From the NCBI RefSeq assembly GCF_009914755.1, contig NC_060927.1: a stretch of 64,000 bases of DNA. One strand, written 5' to 3'. This document shows, one piece after another, positions 1 through 17,950 of this stretch. Numbering within the stretch: the first letter of the stretch is position 1; every line of letters starts with the position of its first letter. This DNA is from the human T2T-CHM13v2.0 reference genome, Homo sapiens. The notes beneath the pieces were generated by a model. It was given only the letters and a program-made list of their open reading frames with translations, did not search any database and was not told where the DNA came from. The translations under genes and the position numbers were made by a program.

Positions 1-1858
1 TCCATTTTCACCACAGGCCTTATACCAGTCACAAATATCCCTCTACAGATACTACAAAAAGACTGTTTCCAAACTGCTCCATAAAAAGAAACCTTTAAAT
101 ATCTGAGATAAATGCACACATCACAAGGAAGTTTCTGAGAATGGTTCTGTCTGGTTTTTATGTGAGGATATTTCCTTTTCCACTATAGGCCGCAAAGCGC
201 TCTAAATATCCCCTTGCAGATCCTACAAAAACAGTGTTTCGAAACTGTTCAATGAAAAGAAATGTTCAACTCTGTGAAGTGAATGCACACATCACAAATA
301 AGTTTCTGAGAATGCTTCTGTATAGTTGTTATGTGAAGATATTTCCCTTTCCACCTTATGCCTCAAAGCTCTCCAAATATCCATTTGCAGATGGTACAAA
401 AAGACTTTTTCCAAACTGCTCAATCAAAAGAAAGGTGCAACTCCGTGAGTTGAATGCACACATCACAAAGAAGTTTGTCAGAATGCTTCTGTCTAGTTTT
501 TATGTGAAGATATTTCCTTTTCCCCTGTAGGCCTCAAAGGGCACCAAATATCCACCTGCAGATTCTACAAAAAGAGTGTTTCAAAACTGTCTAGTCAAAA
601 GAAAGGTTCAACTCTGTGACATGAATGCACATATCACAAAGAAGTTTCTCATAATGCTTTTGTCTAATTTTTATTTGAATGTATTTTCTTTTACACTATA
701 GAACTCAAAGCGCTCCAAATATGCATTTGAGCATACTAAAAAAGACTCTTTCCAAAATGCTCCATCAAAGGAAATATGCAACTCTGTGAGTTGAATGCAC
801 ACATCACAAAGAAATTTCCCAGAAAGCTTCTGTCTAGTTTTTATGTGAAGATATTTCCTTTTCCACTATAGGCCTCAAAGCCCTCCAAATATCCACTTGC
901 AGATACTAGAAAAATACTTTTCCAAACTGCACAATCAAAAGATAGGTTCAACTCTGTAAGTTGTATGCACTCATCACAAAGAAGTTTCTCACAATGCTTT
1001 TGTCTAATTTTTACTTGAAGATATTTCCTTTTCCATTAGGGCCCTCAAAGCAATCAAAATATACATTAGAACATACTAAAAAAGACTCCTTGAAAACTGC
1101 TCCATCAAAAGAAAGGTGCACCTCTGTGAGTTGAATGCGCACATCACAATGAAATTTCACAGAATGCTTCTGTCTAGTTTTTATGTGAAAATATTTCCTT
1201 TTTCACCATAGGCCTTAAAGCACTCAAAATATCCCCTTGAAGATTCTGCAAATAGAGTGCTTCAATCCTGCTCTATTAAAAGAAAGATTCAACTCTGTGA
1301 AATGAATGCACATATCACAAAAATTTTCTCACAATGCTTCTGTCTGGTTTTTATGTGAAGATATTTCCTTTTCCACTACAGACCGCAAAGCACTCAAAAT
1401 ATGCACTTGTAGATTCTACAAAAAGTGTGTTTCAAAACTGCTCAATCAAAACAAATATTCAAATTCCTGAGTTGAATGCACACACCAAAAAGCAGTTTCT
1501 CAGAATGCTTCTGTTTAGTTTTTATGTGAAGTTATTTGCTTTTCCACTATAGGGCTCAAAGCGCTCCAAATATCCATTAGCCGATACTACAAAAGACTGT
1601 TTCCAAACTGCTCAATGAAAAGAATGGTTCAACTTTGTCAGTTGAGTGCACTTATCACAAAGAAGTTTCTCAGAAGGCTTCTCTCTAGTTTTCATGTGAA
1701 GATATCTCCTTTTCCACCATAGGACTCAAAGCGCTCCAAATATCCACCTGCAGACTCGTCAAAAAGGGTTTTTCAAAACTGCTCAAAAAAAACAAAGGTT
1801 TAACTCTGTGAGATGAATGCACACATCACAAAGAAGTTTCTCTGAATACTTCCTTCTA
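1..1858 (-). repeat. Monomeric alpha satellite, A-type monomers
   Basis: ~171-bp periodic units (ttcaactctgtgagttgaatgcacacatcacaaagaagtttct...), each with an A/pJalpha-type box tttccttttccacyatagg; no CENP-B boxes. Confidence 0.97.
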
Positions 1859-2072
1859 ACTTCTTTTTTTATACTTTAAGTTTTAGGGTACATGTGCACA
1901 TTGTGCAGGTTAGTTACATAGTTATACATGTGCCATGCTGGTGTGCTACACCCACTAACTCGTCATCTAGCATTAGGTATATCTCCCAATGCTATCCCTC
2001 CCCCCTCCCCCAACCCCACCACAGTCCCCAGAGTGTGATATTCCCCTTCCTGTGTCCATGTGATCTCATTGT

Positions 2073-5875
<3,803 letters not shown>

Positions 5876-5938
5876 TATGATGTTAGCTGGTTATTTTGCT
5901 CGTTAGTTGATGCAGTTTTTTCCTAGTCTTGATGGTCT

Positions 5939-6953
5939 TTACATTTTGGCATGATTTTGCAGCGGCTGGTACCGGTTGTTCCTTTCCATGTTTAGCGCTT
6001 CCTTCAGGAGCTCTTTTAGGGCAGGCCTGGTGGTGACAAAATCTCTCAGCATTTGCTTGTCTGTAAAGTATTTTATTTCTCCTTCACTTATGAAGCTTAG
6101 TTTGGCTGGATATGAAATTCTGGGTTGAAAATTCTTTTCTTTGAGAATGTTGAATATTGGCCCCCACTGTCTTCTGGCTTGTAGGGTTTCTGCCGAGAGA
6201 TCTGCTGTTAGTCTGATGGGCTTCCCTTTGAGGTTATCCCGACCTTTCTCTCTGGCTGCCCTTAACATTTTTTCCTTCATTTCAACTTTGGTGAATCTGA
6301 CAATTATGTGTCTTGGAGTTGCTCTTCTCGAGGAGTATCTTTGTGGTGTTCTCTGTATTTCCTGAATCTGAATATTGGCCTGCCTTGCTAGATTGGGGAA
6401 GTTCTCCTGGATAATATCCTGCAGCGTGTTTTCCAACTTGGTTCCATTCTCCCGTCACTTTCAGGTACACCAATCAGATGTAGATTTCGTCTTTCCCATA
6501 GTCCCATATTTCTTGGAGGCTTTGCTCATTTCTTTTTATTCTTTTTTCTCTAAACTTCCCTTCTCGCTTCATTGCATTCATTTCATCTTCCACCGCTGTT
6601 ACCCTTTCTTCCAGTTGATTGCATCAGCTCTTGAGGCTTCTGCATTCTTCATGTAGTTCTCGAGCCTTGGTTTTCAGCTCCATCAGCTCCTTTAAACACT
6701 TCTCTGTATTGGTTATTCTAGTTATACAGTCTTCTAAATTTTTTTCAAAGTTTTCAACTTCTTTGCCTTCGGTTTGAATGTCCTCCCAGAGCTCAGACTA
6801 ATTTGATCATCTGAAGCCTTCTTCTCTCAGCTCCTCAAAGTCATTCTCCATCCAGCTTTTTTCCATTGCTGGTGAGGAACTGCGTTCCTTTGGAGGAGGA
6901 GAGGTGCTCTGCTTTTTAGAGTTTCCAGTTTTTCTGTTCTGTTTCTTCCCCAT
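5939..6953 (-). pseudogene. L1 ORF1 (RNA-binding protein), frameshifted
   Basis: ATGGGGAAG start at 6953; C-terminal part ...RRATPRHIIVRF...QNHAKM*; 1015 nt versus the 1017-nt ORF1 of the other full-length copy. Confidence 0.92.
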
Positions 6954-7856
6954 CTTTGTGTTTTTATCTACTTTTGGTCTTTGATGATGGTGATGTACAG
7001 ATGGGTTTTTGGTGTGGATGTCCTGTCTGTTTGTTAGTTTTCCTTCTAACAGAGAGGACCCTCAGCTGCAGGTCTGTTGGAATACCCTGCTGTGTGAAAT
7101 GTCAGTGTGCCCCTGCTGGGAGGTGCCTCCCAGTTAGGCTGCTTGGGGATCAGGGGTCAGGGACCTACTTGAGGAAGCAGTCTGCCCATTCTCCGATCTC
7201 CAGCTGCATGCTGGGAGAACCACTGCTCTCTTCAAATCTGTCAGACAGGGACATTTAAGTCTGCAGAGGTTACTGCTGTCTTTTTGTTTGCCTGTGCTCT
7301 GCCCCCAGAAGTGGAGCCTATAGAGGCAGGCAGGCCTCCTTGAGCTGTGGTAGGCTCCACCCAGTTCGAGCTTCCTGGCTGCTTTGTTTACCTAAGCAAG
7401 CCTGGGCAATGGCGGGTGCCCCTCTTCCAGCCTCGCTGCCACCTTGCAGTTTGATCTCAGACTGCTGTGCTAGCAATCAGCGAGACTTTGTGGGCGTAGG
7501 ACCCTCCTAGCCAGGTGTGGGATATAATCTCCTTGTGCGCCGTTTTTTAAGTCCATCAGAAAAGCACAGTATTCGGGTGGGAGTGACCGGATTTTCCAGG
7601 TGCCGTCCGTCACCCCTTTCTTTGACTCGGAAAGGGAACTCCCTGACCACTTGCACTTCCCAAGTGAGGCAATGTCTCACCCTGCTTCACTTCACGCATG
7701 GTCCATGCACCCACTGAGCTGCACCCACTCTCTGGCACTCCCTAGTGAGATGAACCCGGTACCTCAGATGGAAATGCAGAAATCACCATCTTCTGCATTG
7801 CTCACACTGGGAGCTGTAGATCGGAGCTGTTCCTATTTGGCCATCTTGGCTCCTCC
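6954..7856 (-). promoter_or_regulatory. L1 5'UTR internal promoter with intact YY1 core; also antisense promoter region
   Basis: ~903-bp 5'UTR; ggccatcttgg (AAGATGGCC on minus strand) at ~7839-7849. Confidence 0.85.
7409..7510 (+). pseudogene. L1 ORF0 remnant, premature stop at codon 34
   Basis: Translates MAGAPLPASLPPCSLISDCCASNQRDFVGVGPS then TAG at 7508-7510. Confidence 0.8.
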
Positions 7857-10800
7857 TTCCTTCTAGTTTTTATGTGAAGATATTTCCTTTTCCACTGTAG
7901 GCCACAAAGTGCACCAAATATCCACTTGCAGATTATATAAAAATAATGTTTCAAGACTGATCAGTCAAAAGAAGAAAGTTTGAACTCTTTGAATTCAATG
8001 CACACATCTCAAAGATGTTTCTTATAATGCTTCTGTGTAGTTTTTATGTGAAGATATTTCCTTTTCCACCATGGGTCTCGAAGAGCTCCAAATATCCAGT
8101 GGCAGATTCTACAAAGACTGATTCCAAACAGCTCAATCAAAGAAATTTTCAACTCTGTGAAATGAATGCACTCATCACAAAGAAATTTCTGAGAATGCTT
8201 CTGTGTAGTTTTTATGTGTAGATATTTCCTTTTCCAAAATAAGCCTCAAAGCGCTCCAAATATCCACTTGCAGATACTTTAAAAAGAGTGTTTTAAAAGT
8301 GCTCAATCAAAAGAAATGTTCAACTCTGTGAGTTGAATGCACACATCACAAAGAAGATTCTGAGAATGCTTCTATGTAGTTTACATGTGTAGATATTTCC
8401 TTTTCCAGAATAGGACTCTAAGTGCTCAAAATATCCACTTGTAGATTATACAAAAAGATTGTTTCAAAACTACTCAATCAAAAGAAAGGTTCAAGTCTCT
8501 GAGATTAATTCACACATCATAAAGAAGTCCTCAGAATGCTTCTTTGTAGTTGATATGTGGAGATATTTCCTTTTCCACAATGGGCTTCAAGGCTCTCCAA
8601 ATATCCACTTGCAGATTCTACAAAAAGAGTGTTTGAAACTGCTGAATCAAAAGAAAGTTTCAACTGTGTGAGATGAATGCACTCATCACAAAGAAGTTTC
8701 TCAGAATGCTTCTGTGTAGTTTTTATGTGAACTTATTTCCTTTTCCAAAAAGGCAAGAAGGGCTCAAAATATCCACTTGCAGTTTCTACAAAAACAAAGT
8801 TTCAAAGCTGGTCAATTGAAAGATAGATTCACCTCTGTGGGTTGAATGTACACATCACAAAGAGTTTCTCAGAGTGCTTCTGTGTAGTTTTTATGTGAAG
8901 ATATTTTATTTTCCACAGTAGCCATCAAAGTGTTTCAAGTTTCCACTTGCAGACACTTCAAAAAGAGTGTTTCAAAACTTCTCAATCAAAAGACAGGTTC
9001 AACGCTGCGAGATGAATGCACACAACACAGAGAAGTTTCTCAGAATGCTTCTGTTTAGTTTTTATGTGAAGATATTTCCTTTTCCACGATAGGCCTCAAA
9101 GCACTCCAGATATCCACTTCAAGACTCTACAAAAAGAGTGTATCCAAACTGCTCAATCAAAAGAAAGGTTCAACTCTGTGTCATGAATGCACACATCACA
9201 AAGAAGTTTCTCAGAACGCTTCTGGGTAGTTTTTCTGTGAAAAGATTTCCTTTTCCACAATAGGCCTCAAAGCGCTTCATTTTCCACTTGCAGATTCTGT
9301 AAAAAGAGTGTTCACAATCTGCTCAATCAAAATAAAGGTTCAACACTGTGAGATGAATGCACATATCACAGAGAAGTTTCTCAGAATGTTTCTCTGTAGT
9401 TTTTATGTAAAGATATTTCCTTTTCCAAAATAGGTAGCCAAGGGCTTCAAATATCCAATTGCAGATTCCACAAAAAAAGAGAGAATCAAAACTGCTATAT
9501 CAAAAGAAAGGTTCAACTCTGTGAATGGTATGCAGACATCACCAAGAAGCTTCTCAACGTGCTTCTGTGTGGTTTTCACGTGAAGATATTTCCTTTTCCC
9601 CAAAGGCCTCAAAGCACTCCAATAAAACATTGCAGATTCTACAAACAGAGTGTTTGTAAACTGCTTAATCAAAAGAAAGGTTCAATTCTGTGAGTTGAAT
9701 GCACACATCACAAAGAAGTTGCTCGGAATGTTTCTGTGTAGTTTTTATGTGAAGAGATTTCCTTTTCCACCATAGGCCACAAAGCGCTCCAATTATCCAC
9801 TTGCAGATACTACAAAAAGAATGTTTCCAACTGTTCAAATAAAAGAAAGTTTCAACTTTGTAAGATGATTGCACACATCACAAAGTAGTTTCTCAGAATG
9901 CTTCTGTGTAGTTTTCATGTGAAGATATTTCCTTTTCCATGATAGGCCTCAAAGCACTCAAAATATCCACTTGGAGATTCTGAAAAAAGAGTGTTTCCAA
10001 ACTGCTCTGTCAAAAGAAAGGTTCAACTCTGTGAGATGAATGCACACAACACAAAGAAGTTCCTCACAAAGCTTCTGTGCAGTTTTTATGTGAAGAGATT
10101 TTGTTTTCCACAATAGGTCTCAAAGTGCTCCAAATACCCACTTGCCGATTCTACAAGAAGGGTGTTTCAAAAATGCTCAATCAAATAAATTTTCAACTCT
10201 GTGAGAAGAATGCACACATCTCAGAGAAGTTTCTCACAATGCTTCTGTGTAGTTTTTATGTGAAGATATTTGCTCTTCCACCATAGGCCGCAAATGGCTC
10301 CAAATATCCACTTGCGGAGCCTAGAAAAAGAGAGGTTCAAAACTGCTCTATCAAAAGATAGGTTCACCTCTCTGAGTTGAATGCACACATCACAAAGAAG
10401 TTTCTCAGAATGCTTCTGTGTCGTTTTTATGTGAAGATATTTCCTTTTCCACCACAGTCCTCAAAACTCTCCATATTTTCAGTTGCACATTCTACAAAAA
10501 GAGTGATTCCAAACTGCTCAATCAAAAGATAGGTTCAGCACTGTGAGATGAATGCAAACATCATGAAGAACTTTCTCAAAATGCTTCTGTGTAGTTTTTA
10601 TGTGAAGATATTTCCTTTCCACAGTAGGCATCAAAACGCTCCAAATATTCACTTGCAGATACTACAAAAAGAGTCTTTCAAAACTGCTCAATCAAAAGAA
10701 AGTTTCAACTCTGTAAGATGAATGCACTCATCACAAAGAAGTTTCTCAGAATGCTTCTGTGTAGTTTTTATGTGAACTTATTTCCTTTTCCAAAAAGGCA

Positions 10801-11329
10801 AGAAGGGCTCAAAATATCCACTTGCAGATTCTACAAAAACAGAGATTCAAAACTTGTCAATCAAAAGATAGATTCACCTCTGTGAATTGAATGCACACAT
10901 CACAAAGAGTTTCTCAGAATGCGTCTGTGTAGTTTTTATGTGAAGATATTTCCTTTTCCACAATAGGCATCAAAGCGCTTCAAGTTTCCAATTGCAGATT
11001 CTTCAAAAAGAGTTTTTCAAAACTACTAATCAAAAGACAGGTTCAACGCTGTGAGATGAATGCACACATCACAGAGAAGTTTCTCAGAATGCTTTGTGTA
11101 GTTTTTATGTGAAGATATATACTTTTCCACCATATGAATCAAAGCGCTCCCAATATCGACTTGCAGACTCTACAAAAAGAGTGTTTCCAAACTACTCAAT
11201 CAAAAGAAAGGTTCAACTCTGTGTCATGAATGCACACATCACAAAGAAGTTTCTCAGAACGCTTCTGGGTACTTTTTCTGTGAAAATATTTTCTCTTCCA
11301 CAATAGTCCTCAAAGTGCTTCAAGTTTCC

Positions 11330-13170
11330 ACTTGCATATTCTTTAAAAAGAGTGTTCGAAATCTGCTCAATCAAAATAAAGGTTCAACACTGTGAGATGA
11401 ATGCACCCATCACAAAGAAGTCTCTCAGAATGTTTCTATGTAGTTTTTAGGTGAAGATATTTCCTTTTCCAAAATAAGCAGCAAGGGAATCAAAATATGC
11501 ACTTACAGATTCCGCAAAAATAGACATTCAAAGCTGCTCAATCCAAAGATAGGTTCAACTCTGTGTGTGGAATGCACACATCACAAAGAAGTTTCTCAGA
11601 ATGCTTCTCTGTAGTTTTTATGTGAGCATATTTCCTTTTCCAAAATAGATAGACAAGGGCTGCAAATATCCAATTGCAGATTCCACAAAAAGAGAGAATC
11701 AATACTGCTCAATCAAAAGAAAGGTTCAACTCTGTGAGTGGAATGCACACATCACAAAGAAGTTTCTCAGAATGCTTCTGTGTGGTTTTCATGTGAAGTT
11801 ATTTCCTTTTCCCCAATAGGCCTCAAAGCACTCGAAAAATACATTGCAAATTTTACAAAAAGAGTGTTTGCAAACAGCTCAATCAAAAGAAAGTTTCAAC
11901 TCTGTGAGTTGAATTCACACATCACAAAGAAGTTGCTCAGAATACTTCAGTGTAGTTTTCATATGAATAGATTTCCTTTTCCACCATAGGCCACAAAGCA
12001 CTCCAAGTATCCACTTGCAGATACTACAAAAATAGTGTGTCCAACTGCTCAAATAAAAGGAAGGTTCAACTTTGTGAGATGAATGCACACATCGCAAAGT
12101 AGTTTCTCAGAATGCTTCTGTCTAGTTTTTATGTGAAGATATTTCCATTTCCATGATAGGCCTCAAAGCACTCCAGATATCCACTTGCAGACTCTACAAA
12201 AAGAGTGTTTCTAAACTACTCAATCAAAAGAAAGGTTCAACTCTGTGACATGAATGCTCACATCACAAAGAAGTTTCTCAGAGTGCTTCTGGGTAGTTTT
12301 TCTGTGAAAAGATTTCCTTTTCCACAATAGGCCTCAAAGCACTTCATTTTCCACTTGCAGATTCTATAAAAAGAGTGCTCACAATCTGCTCAATCAAAAT
12401 AAAGGTTCAACACTGTGAGATGAATGCACACATCACAAAGCAGTTTCTCAGAATGCTTCTGTGTAGTTTTTAGGTGAAGATATTTCCTTTTCCAAAATAA
12501 GCAGCAAAGGAATCAAAACATGCACTTGCAGATTCCGCAAAAATAGACATTCAAAGCTGCTCAATCCAAAGATAGGTTCAACTCTGTGTGTGGAATGCAC
12601 ACATCACAAAGAAGTTTCTCAGAATGCTTCTCTGTAGTTTTTATGTGAAAATATTTCCTTTTCCAAAATAGACAAGGGCTCCAAATATCCAATTGCAGAT
12701 TCCACAAAAAGAGAGAATCAATACTGCTCAATCAAAAGAAAGGTTCAACTCTGTGAGTGGAATGCACACATCACAAAGAAGTTTCTCAGAATGCTTCTGT
12801 GTGGTTTTCATGTGAAGTTATTTCCTTTTCCCCAATAGGCCTCAAAGCACTCCAAAAATACAATGCAGATTTTACAAAAAGAGTGTTTGCAAACTGCTCA
12901 ATCAAAAGAAAGTTTCAACTCTGTGAGATGAATTCACACATCACAAAGAAGTAGCTCAGAATACTTCAGTGTAGTTTTCATATGAATAGATTTCCTTTTC
13001 CACCATAGGCCACAAAGCACTCCAAGTATCCACTTGCAGATACTACAAAAAGAGTGTTTCCAACTGCTCAAATAAAAGGAAGGTTCAACTTTGTGAGATG
13101 AATGCACACATCACAAAGTAGTTTCTCAGAATGCTTCTGTGTAGTTTTTATGTGAAGGTATTTCCTTTTC
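11330..13170. repeat. Tandem duplication of ~6 monomers (period ~1019 bp)
   Basis: Near-identical ORFs at 11738 and 12757; shared private variants such as aatagacattcaaagc and atacttcagtgtagttttcatatgaatag. Confidence 0.85.
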
Positions 13171-15659
13171 CACGATAAACCTCAAAGCACTCCAGATATC
13201 TTCTTGGAGATTCTAAGAAAACAATGTTTCCAAACTGCTCTATCAAAAGAAATGTTCAGCTCTGTGAGATGAATGCACACAATACAAATAAGTTTCTCAG
13301 AAAGCTTCTGTGTAGTTTTTCTGTGAAGATAGTTTGTTTTCCACAATAGGTCTCAAAGTTCTCCAAATAGCAGCCTGCTGATTCTACAAAAAGGGTTTTT
13401 CAAAAATGCTCAATCAATGAAAGTTTCAACTCTGTGAGAAGAATGCACACATCTCAGAGAATTTTCTCACAATGCTTCTGTGTAGTTTTTACGTGAAGAT
13501 ATTTGCTTTTCCACCTTAGGCAGCAAATGGCTCCAAATATCCAATTGCAGATTCTACAAAAAGAGAGTTTCAAAGCTGCTCTATCAAAAGATATGTTCAC
13601 ATCTGTGAGTTGAATGCACACACACAAAGAAGTTTCTCAGAGTTCTTCTGTGTCGTTTTTATGTGAAGATATTTCCTTTTCCACCACAGGCCTCAAAGCT
13701 CTCCACATTTCCACTTGCACATTCTACAAAAAGAGAGTTTCAAAACTGCTCTATCAAAAGATAGGTTCAAGTCTGTGAGATGAATGCAAACATCACAAAG
13801 AACTTTCTCAAAATGCTTCTTTGTAGTTTTTATGTGAAGATATTTCCTTTTCCACAATAGGCCTCAAAGCGCTCCAAATATTCACTTGCAGATACTACAA
13901 ATAGAGTGTTTCAAAACTGCTCAATCAAAATAAAGTTTCAACACTGTGAGATGAATGCACACATCAGAAAGAAGTTTCTGAGAATGCTTCTGTGTAGTTT
14001 TTATGTTAACTTATTTCCTTTTACAAAATAGGCAGGAAAGGGCTCCAAATATCCAGTTGCAGATTCTACAGAAACAGAAATTCATAACCGATCAATCAAA
14101 AGATACATTCAACTATGTGAGTTGAATGCACACATCACAAAGGAGTTTCTAAGAATGCTTCTGTGTAGTTTTTTTGTGAAGATGTTTCCTTTTCCAAAAT
14201 AGGCCTCAAAGCGCTCCAAATATTCACTTGCAGATACTATAAATAGAGTGTTTCAAAACTGCTCAATCAAAATATGTTCAAGTCTGTGAGTTGAAGGCAC
14301 ACATCACAGAGAAGTTTCTCAGAATGCTTCTGTGCAGTTTTTAAATGAAGATATTTCCTTTTCCACCTGATACCTCAAAGTGCTCCAAATATCCACTTGC
14401 AGATTCTACAAAAACAGTGTTCCAAACTGAATCAAAAGAAAGGTTCAACTCTGTGACATGAATGCACTCATCACAACAAAGTTTCTCAGAATGGTTCTGT
14501 GTACTTTTCCTGTGAAGATATTTCTTTTTCCACAATAGGCCTCAATACGCTGCAATTATCCACATGCAGATTCTATAAAAAGTGTGTTTCAAATCCGCAA
14601 AATCAGAATAAAAGTTCAAAAGTGTGAGATAAATGCACACATCAGAAAGAAGTTTCTCAGAATGCTTCTGTGTATTTTTTTTGTGAAGATATTTCATTTT
14701 CCAAAATTTGGAGCAGCAAAGTGCTCCAAATATCCACAAAAAGAGAGATTCAAAACTGCTCAATCTAAAGATAGGTTCAAATCTGTGAGTGGAATGCAGA
14801 CATCACAAATAAGTTTCTCAGAACTCTTCTGTCTAGTTTTTATGGGAAGATATTTCCTTTTCCACCATAGGCCTCAATGCGCTCCAAATATCCAGTTGCA
14901 GATTCTACAAAAAGACTGTTTCCAAACTGTGCAATCAAAAGAAAGGGTCAACTCTGGGAGATGAATGCACACGTCACAAAGAAGTTTCTTAGAATGCTTC
15001 TGTGTAGTTTTTATGTGAACTTATTTCCTATTCCAAAATAGACCGCAATGGGCTCTAAATATGTACATACAGATTCTACAAAAAGAGAGATTCAAAACTG
15101 CTCAGTCAAAAGAAAGATTCAGCTCTGTGAGTTGAATGCACACAGCACAAAGAAGTTTCTCAGAATGCTTCTGTTTAGTTTTTATGTGAAGATATTTCCT
15201 TTTCAACCATGAGCCCCAAAGCACTCTTAATATCCACTTGGAGATTCTACAAAAGACTGTTTCCAAACTGTTCAGTCAAAAGAAAGACTCAACCCTGTGA
15301 GATGAATGCACACAAAACAAAAAAGTTTCTCAGAATGTTTCCATTTAGGATTTTTGTGAAGATATTTCCTTTTCCACAATATGTCCCAAAGTAGTCCAAA
15401 TATCCACCTGTCGATTATACAAAAAGAGTGTTTCAAAACTGCTCAATCAAAAGAAAATTTCAACTCTGTGAGATCAATGCACACATCATGAAGAAGTTTC
15501 TCAGAATCCTTCTGTGTTGTTTTTATGTGAAGATATTTCCTTTTCCATAATAGGACTCAAAGCGCTCCAAATATCCACTTGCAGATCCTATAAAAAGAGT
15601 GCTTCAAAACTGCTCTATCAAAAGAAAGTTTTGATTCTGTGGGATGAATGCACACATCA

Positions 15660-16375
15660 CAAAGAAGTTTCTCAGAATGCTTCTGTGTAGTTTTTCTGTG
15701 AACTTATTTCCTTTTCCATGATAGGCCTCAAAGCACTCCAAATATCGACTTGGAGATTCTAAAAAAAGAGTGTTTCCAAACTGCTCTATCAAAAGAAAGG
15801 TTCAACACTGTGACATGAATGCACACTGAACAAAGGAGTTTCTCAGAAAGCTTCTGTGTAGTTTTTCTGTGTAGATATTTCGTTTTCCACAATATGTCTC
15901 AGAGTGCTCCAAATATCCACCTGCCGATTCTACAAAAAGTGTGTTTCAAAAATGCTCAATCCAAAGAAAGTTTCAACTCTGTGAGAAGAATGCACACATC
16001 TCAGAGAAGTTTCTCAGAATGCTTCTGTGTAGTTTTTCTGTGAACTTATTTCCTTTTCCATGATAGGCCTCAAAGCGCTCCAAATATCCACTTGGAGATT
16101 CTAAAAAAAGAGTGTTTCCAAACTGCTCTATCAAAAGAAAGGTTCAACACTGTGACATGAATGCACACTGAACAAAGGAGTTTCTCAGAAAGCTTCTGTG
16201 TAGTTTTTCTGTGTAGATATTTCGTTTTCCACAATATGTCTCAAAGTCCTCCAAATATCCACCTGCCAAGTCTACAAAAAGCGTGTTTCAAAAATGCTCA
16301 AACCAAAGAAAGTTTCAACTCTGTGAGAAGAATGCACACATCTCAGAGAAGTTTCTCAGAATGCTTCTGTGTAGC
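15660..16375. repeat. Tandem dimer duplication (period 342 bp)
   Basis: Private motif gcacactgaacaaaggag at ~15821 and ~16163; near-identical ORFs at 15819 and 16161. Confidence 0.9.
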
Positions 16376-17950
16376 TTTTATGTGAAGATATTTCCGTTTC
16401 CAAAATAGGCTGCAAAGGTCTATAAATATCCACTTGCAGATTCTACAAGAAGAGATTCAAAACCACTCAATCAAAAGAAAGGATCAACTCTGTGAGGTGA
16501 ATGCACACATCACAAAGAACTTTCTCAGAATGCATCAGTGTAGTTTTTCTGTAAAGATATTTCCTTTTCCACAGTAGGCCTCAAAGTGCTTCAATTATCC
16601 ACTTGTAGATACTATAAAAAGAGTGTTTCAAATCTGCTCAATCAAAATAAAAGTTCAACACTGTGAGATGAATGCACACATCAGAAAGAAGTTTCTCAGA
16701 ATGCTTCTGTGTAGTTTTTAGGTGAAGATATTACCTTTTCCAAAATAGGCAGCAAAGGAATCAAAATATCCACTTGCAGATATTCTAAAAATAGACATTC
16801 AAAGCTGCTCAATCCAAAGATAGGTTCAACTCTGTGAGAGGAATGCACACATCACAAAGAAGTTTCTCAGAATGTTTCTCTGTAGTTTTTATGTGAAGAT
16901 ATTTCCTTTCCCACCACAGGCCCTAAAGCACTCCAAATATCCACTTAGAGATTCCACAAAAAAAGTGTTTCAAAACTGCTCAATCAAAAGAAAGGTTCAA
17001 CAAAGTGAGATGAATGGACACATCACAAAGAAGTTTCTTAGAATGCTTCCCTGTAGTACTTACGTGAAGATATTTCCTTTTCTACAGTATGCCTCAAAGT
17101 GCTTGAAATATCCACTTGTAGGTGCTACAAAAAGAGTGTATCCAAACTGTTCAACCAAAAGAAAGGTTCAACTCCGTTATATGAATGGACACATCACAAA
17201 GAAGTTTCTGAGAATGATTCTGTGTAGTTTTAATGTGAAGATATTTCATTTTCCACCATAAGCCTCAAAGTGCAGAAATTATCCACTTGCAGATACCTCA
17301 AAAACTGTGTTTCAAAGCTGCTCAATCAAAAGAAAGTTTCAACTATGTGAGATGAATGCACACATCATAAAGGAGTTTCTGAGAATTGTTCTGTGTAGTT
17401 TTTATGTGAAGATATTTCCTTTTCCACATTAGGCCAAAAAGTGCTCCAAATATCCACTTGCAGATTCCATTAAAAGAGTGTTTCATAACTGCTCAATCAA
17501 AAGAAATGTTCAAGTCTGTGAGATGAAGGCAAACATCACAAATAAGTTTCTCAGAATGCTTCTGTGTAGTTTTTATGTGAACATATTTCCTTTTCCACCA
17601 TAGGCACCAAAGCGTTCCAAATATCCACTTTCAGATTCTACAAAAAGAGTGTTTCCAAACTGCTCAATGAAAAAAACAGATTCACATCTATGAGGTGAAT
17701 GCACACATCACCAAGAAATTTCTCAGAAAGCTTCTGTGTAGTTTTCGTGTGAAGATATTTCGTTTTCCACCATATTCCGCTAAGGGCTCCAAATATCCAT
17801 TTGCAGATTCAACAAAAAGAGTGTTTCAAAACTGCTCAATCAAAAGATAGGTTCAACTATGTGATATGAATGCACATATCACGAAGAAGTTTCTCAGAAT
17901 GCTTCTGTCTAGTTTTAATGTGAAGATATTTCTCTTTCCAAAATAGGCCT

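Larger units (their letters stand above)
7857..17950 (-). repeat. Monomeric alpha satellite, A-type only (SF4/M1-like or older layer)
   Basis: Monomers mostly read ctcagaatgcttctgtgtag and ctgctcaatc; every box is A-type; no cccg..cgaa motif seen. Confidence 0.95.

Noticed and set aside
1829-1848. Resemblance of alpha agaagtttctctgaa to U3 sequence just downstream of the captured fragment
   Set aside because: Short AT-rich match at a different monomer position from the insertion, based on recalled U3 sequence; likely chance
1995-2022. C-rich tract able to form a G-quadruplex on the minus strand
   Set aside because: Standard L1 3'UTR polypurine tract
14725-14745. ~13-bp deletion (tatccacaaaaag); similar small indels at ~33655 and ~51565
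   Set aside because: Ordinary single-copy indels in old satellite
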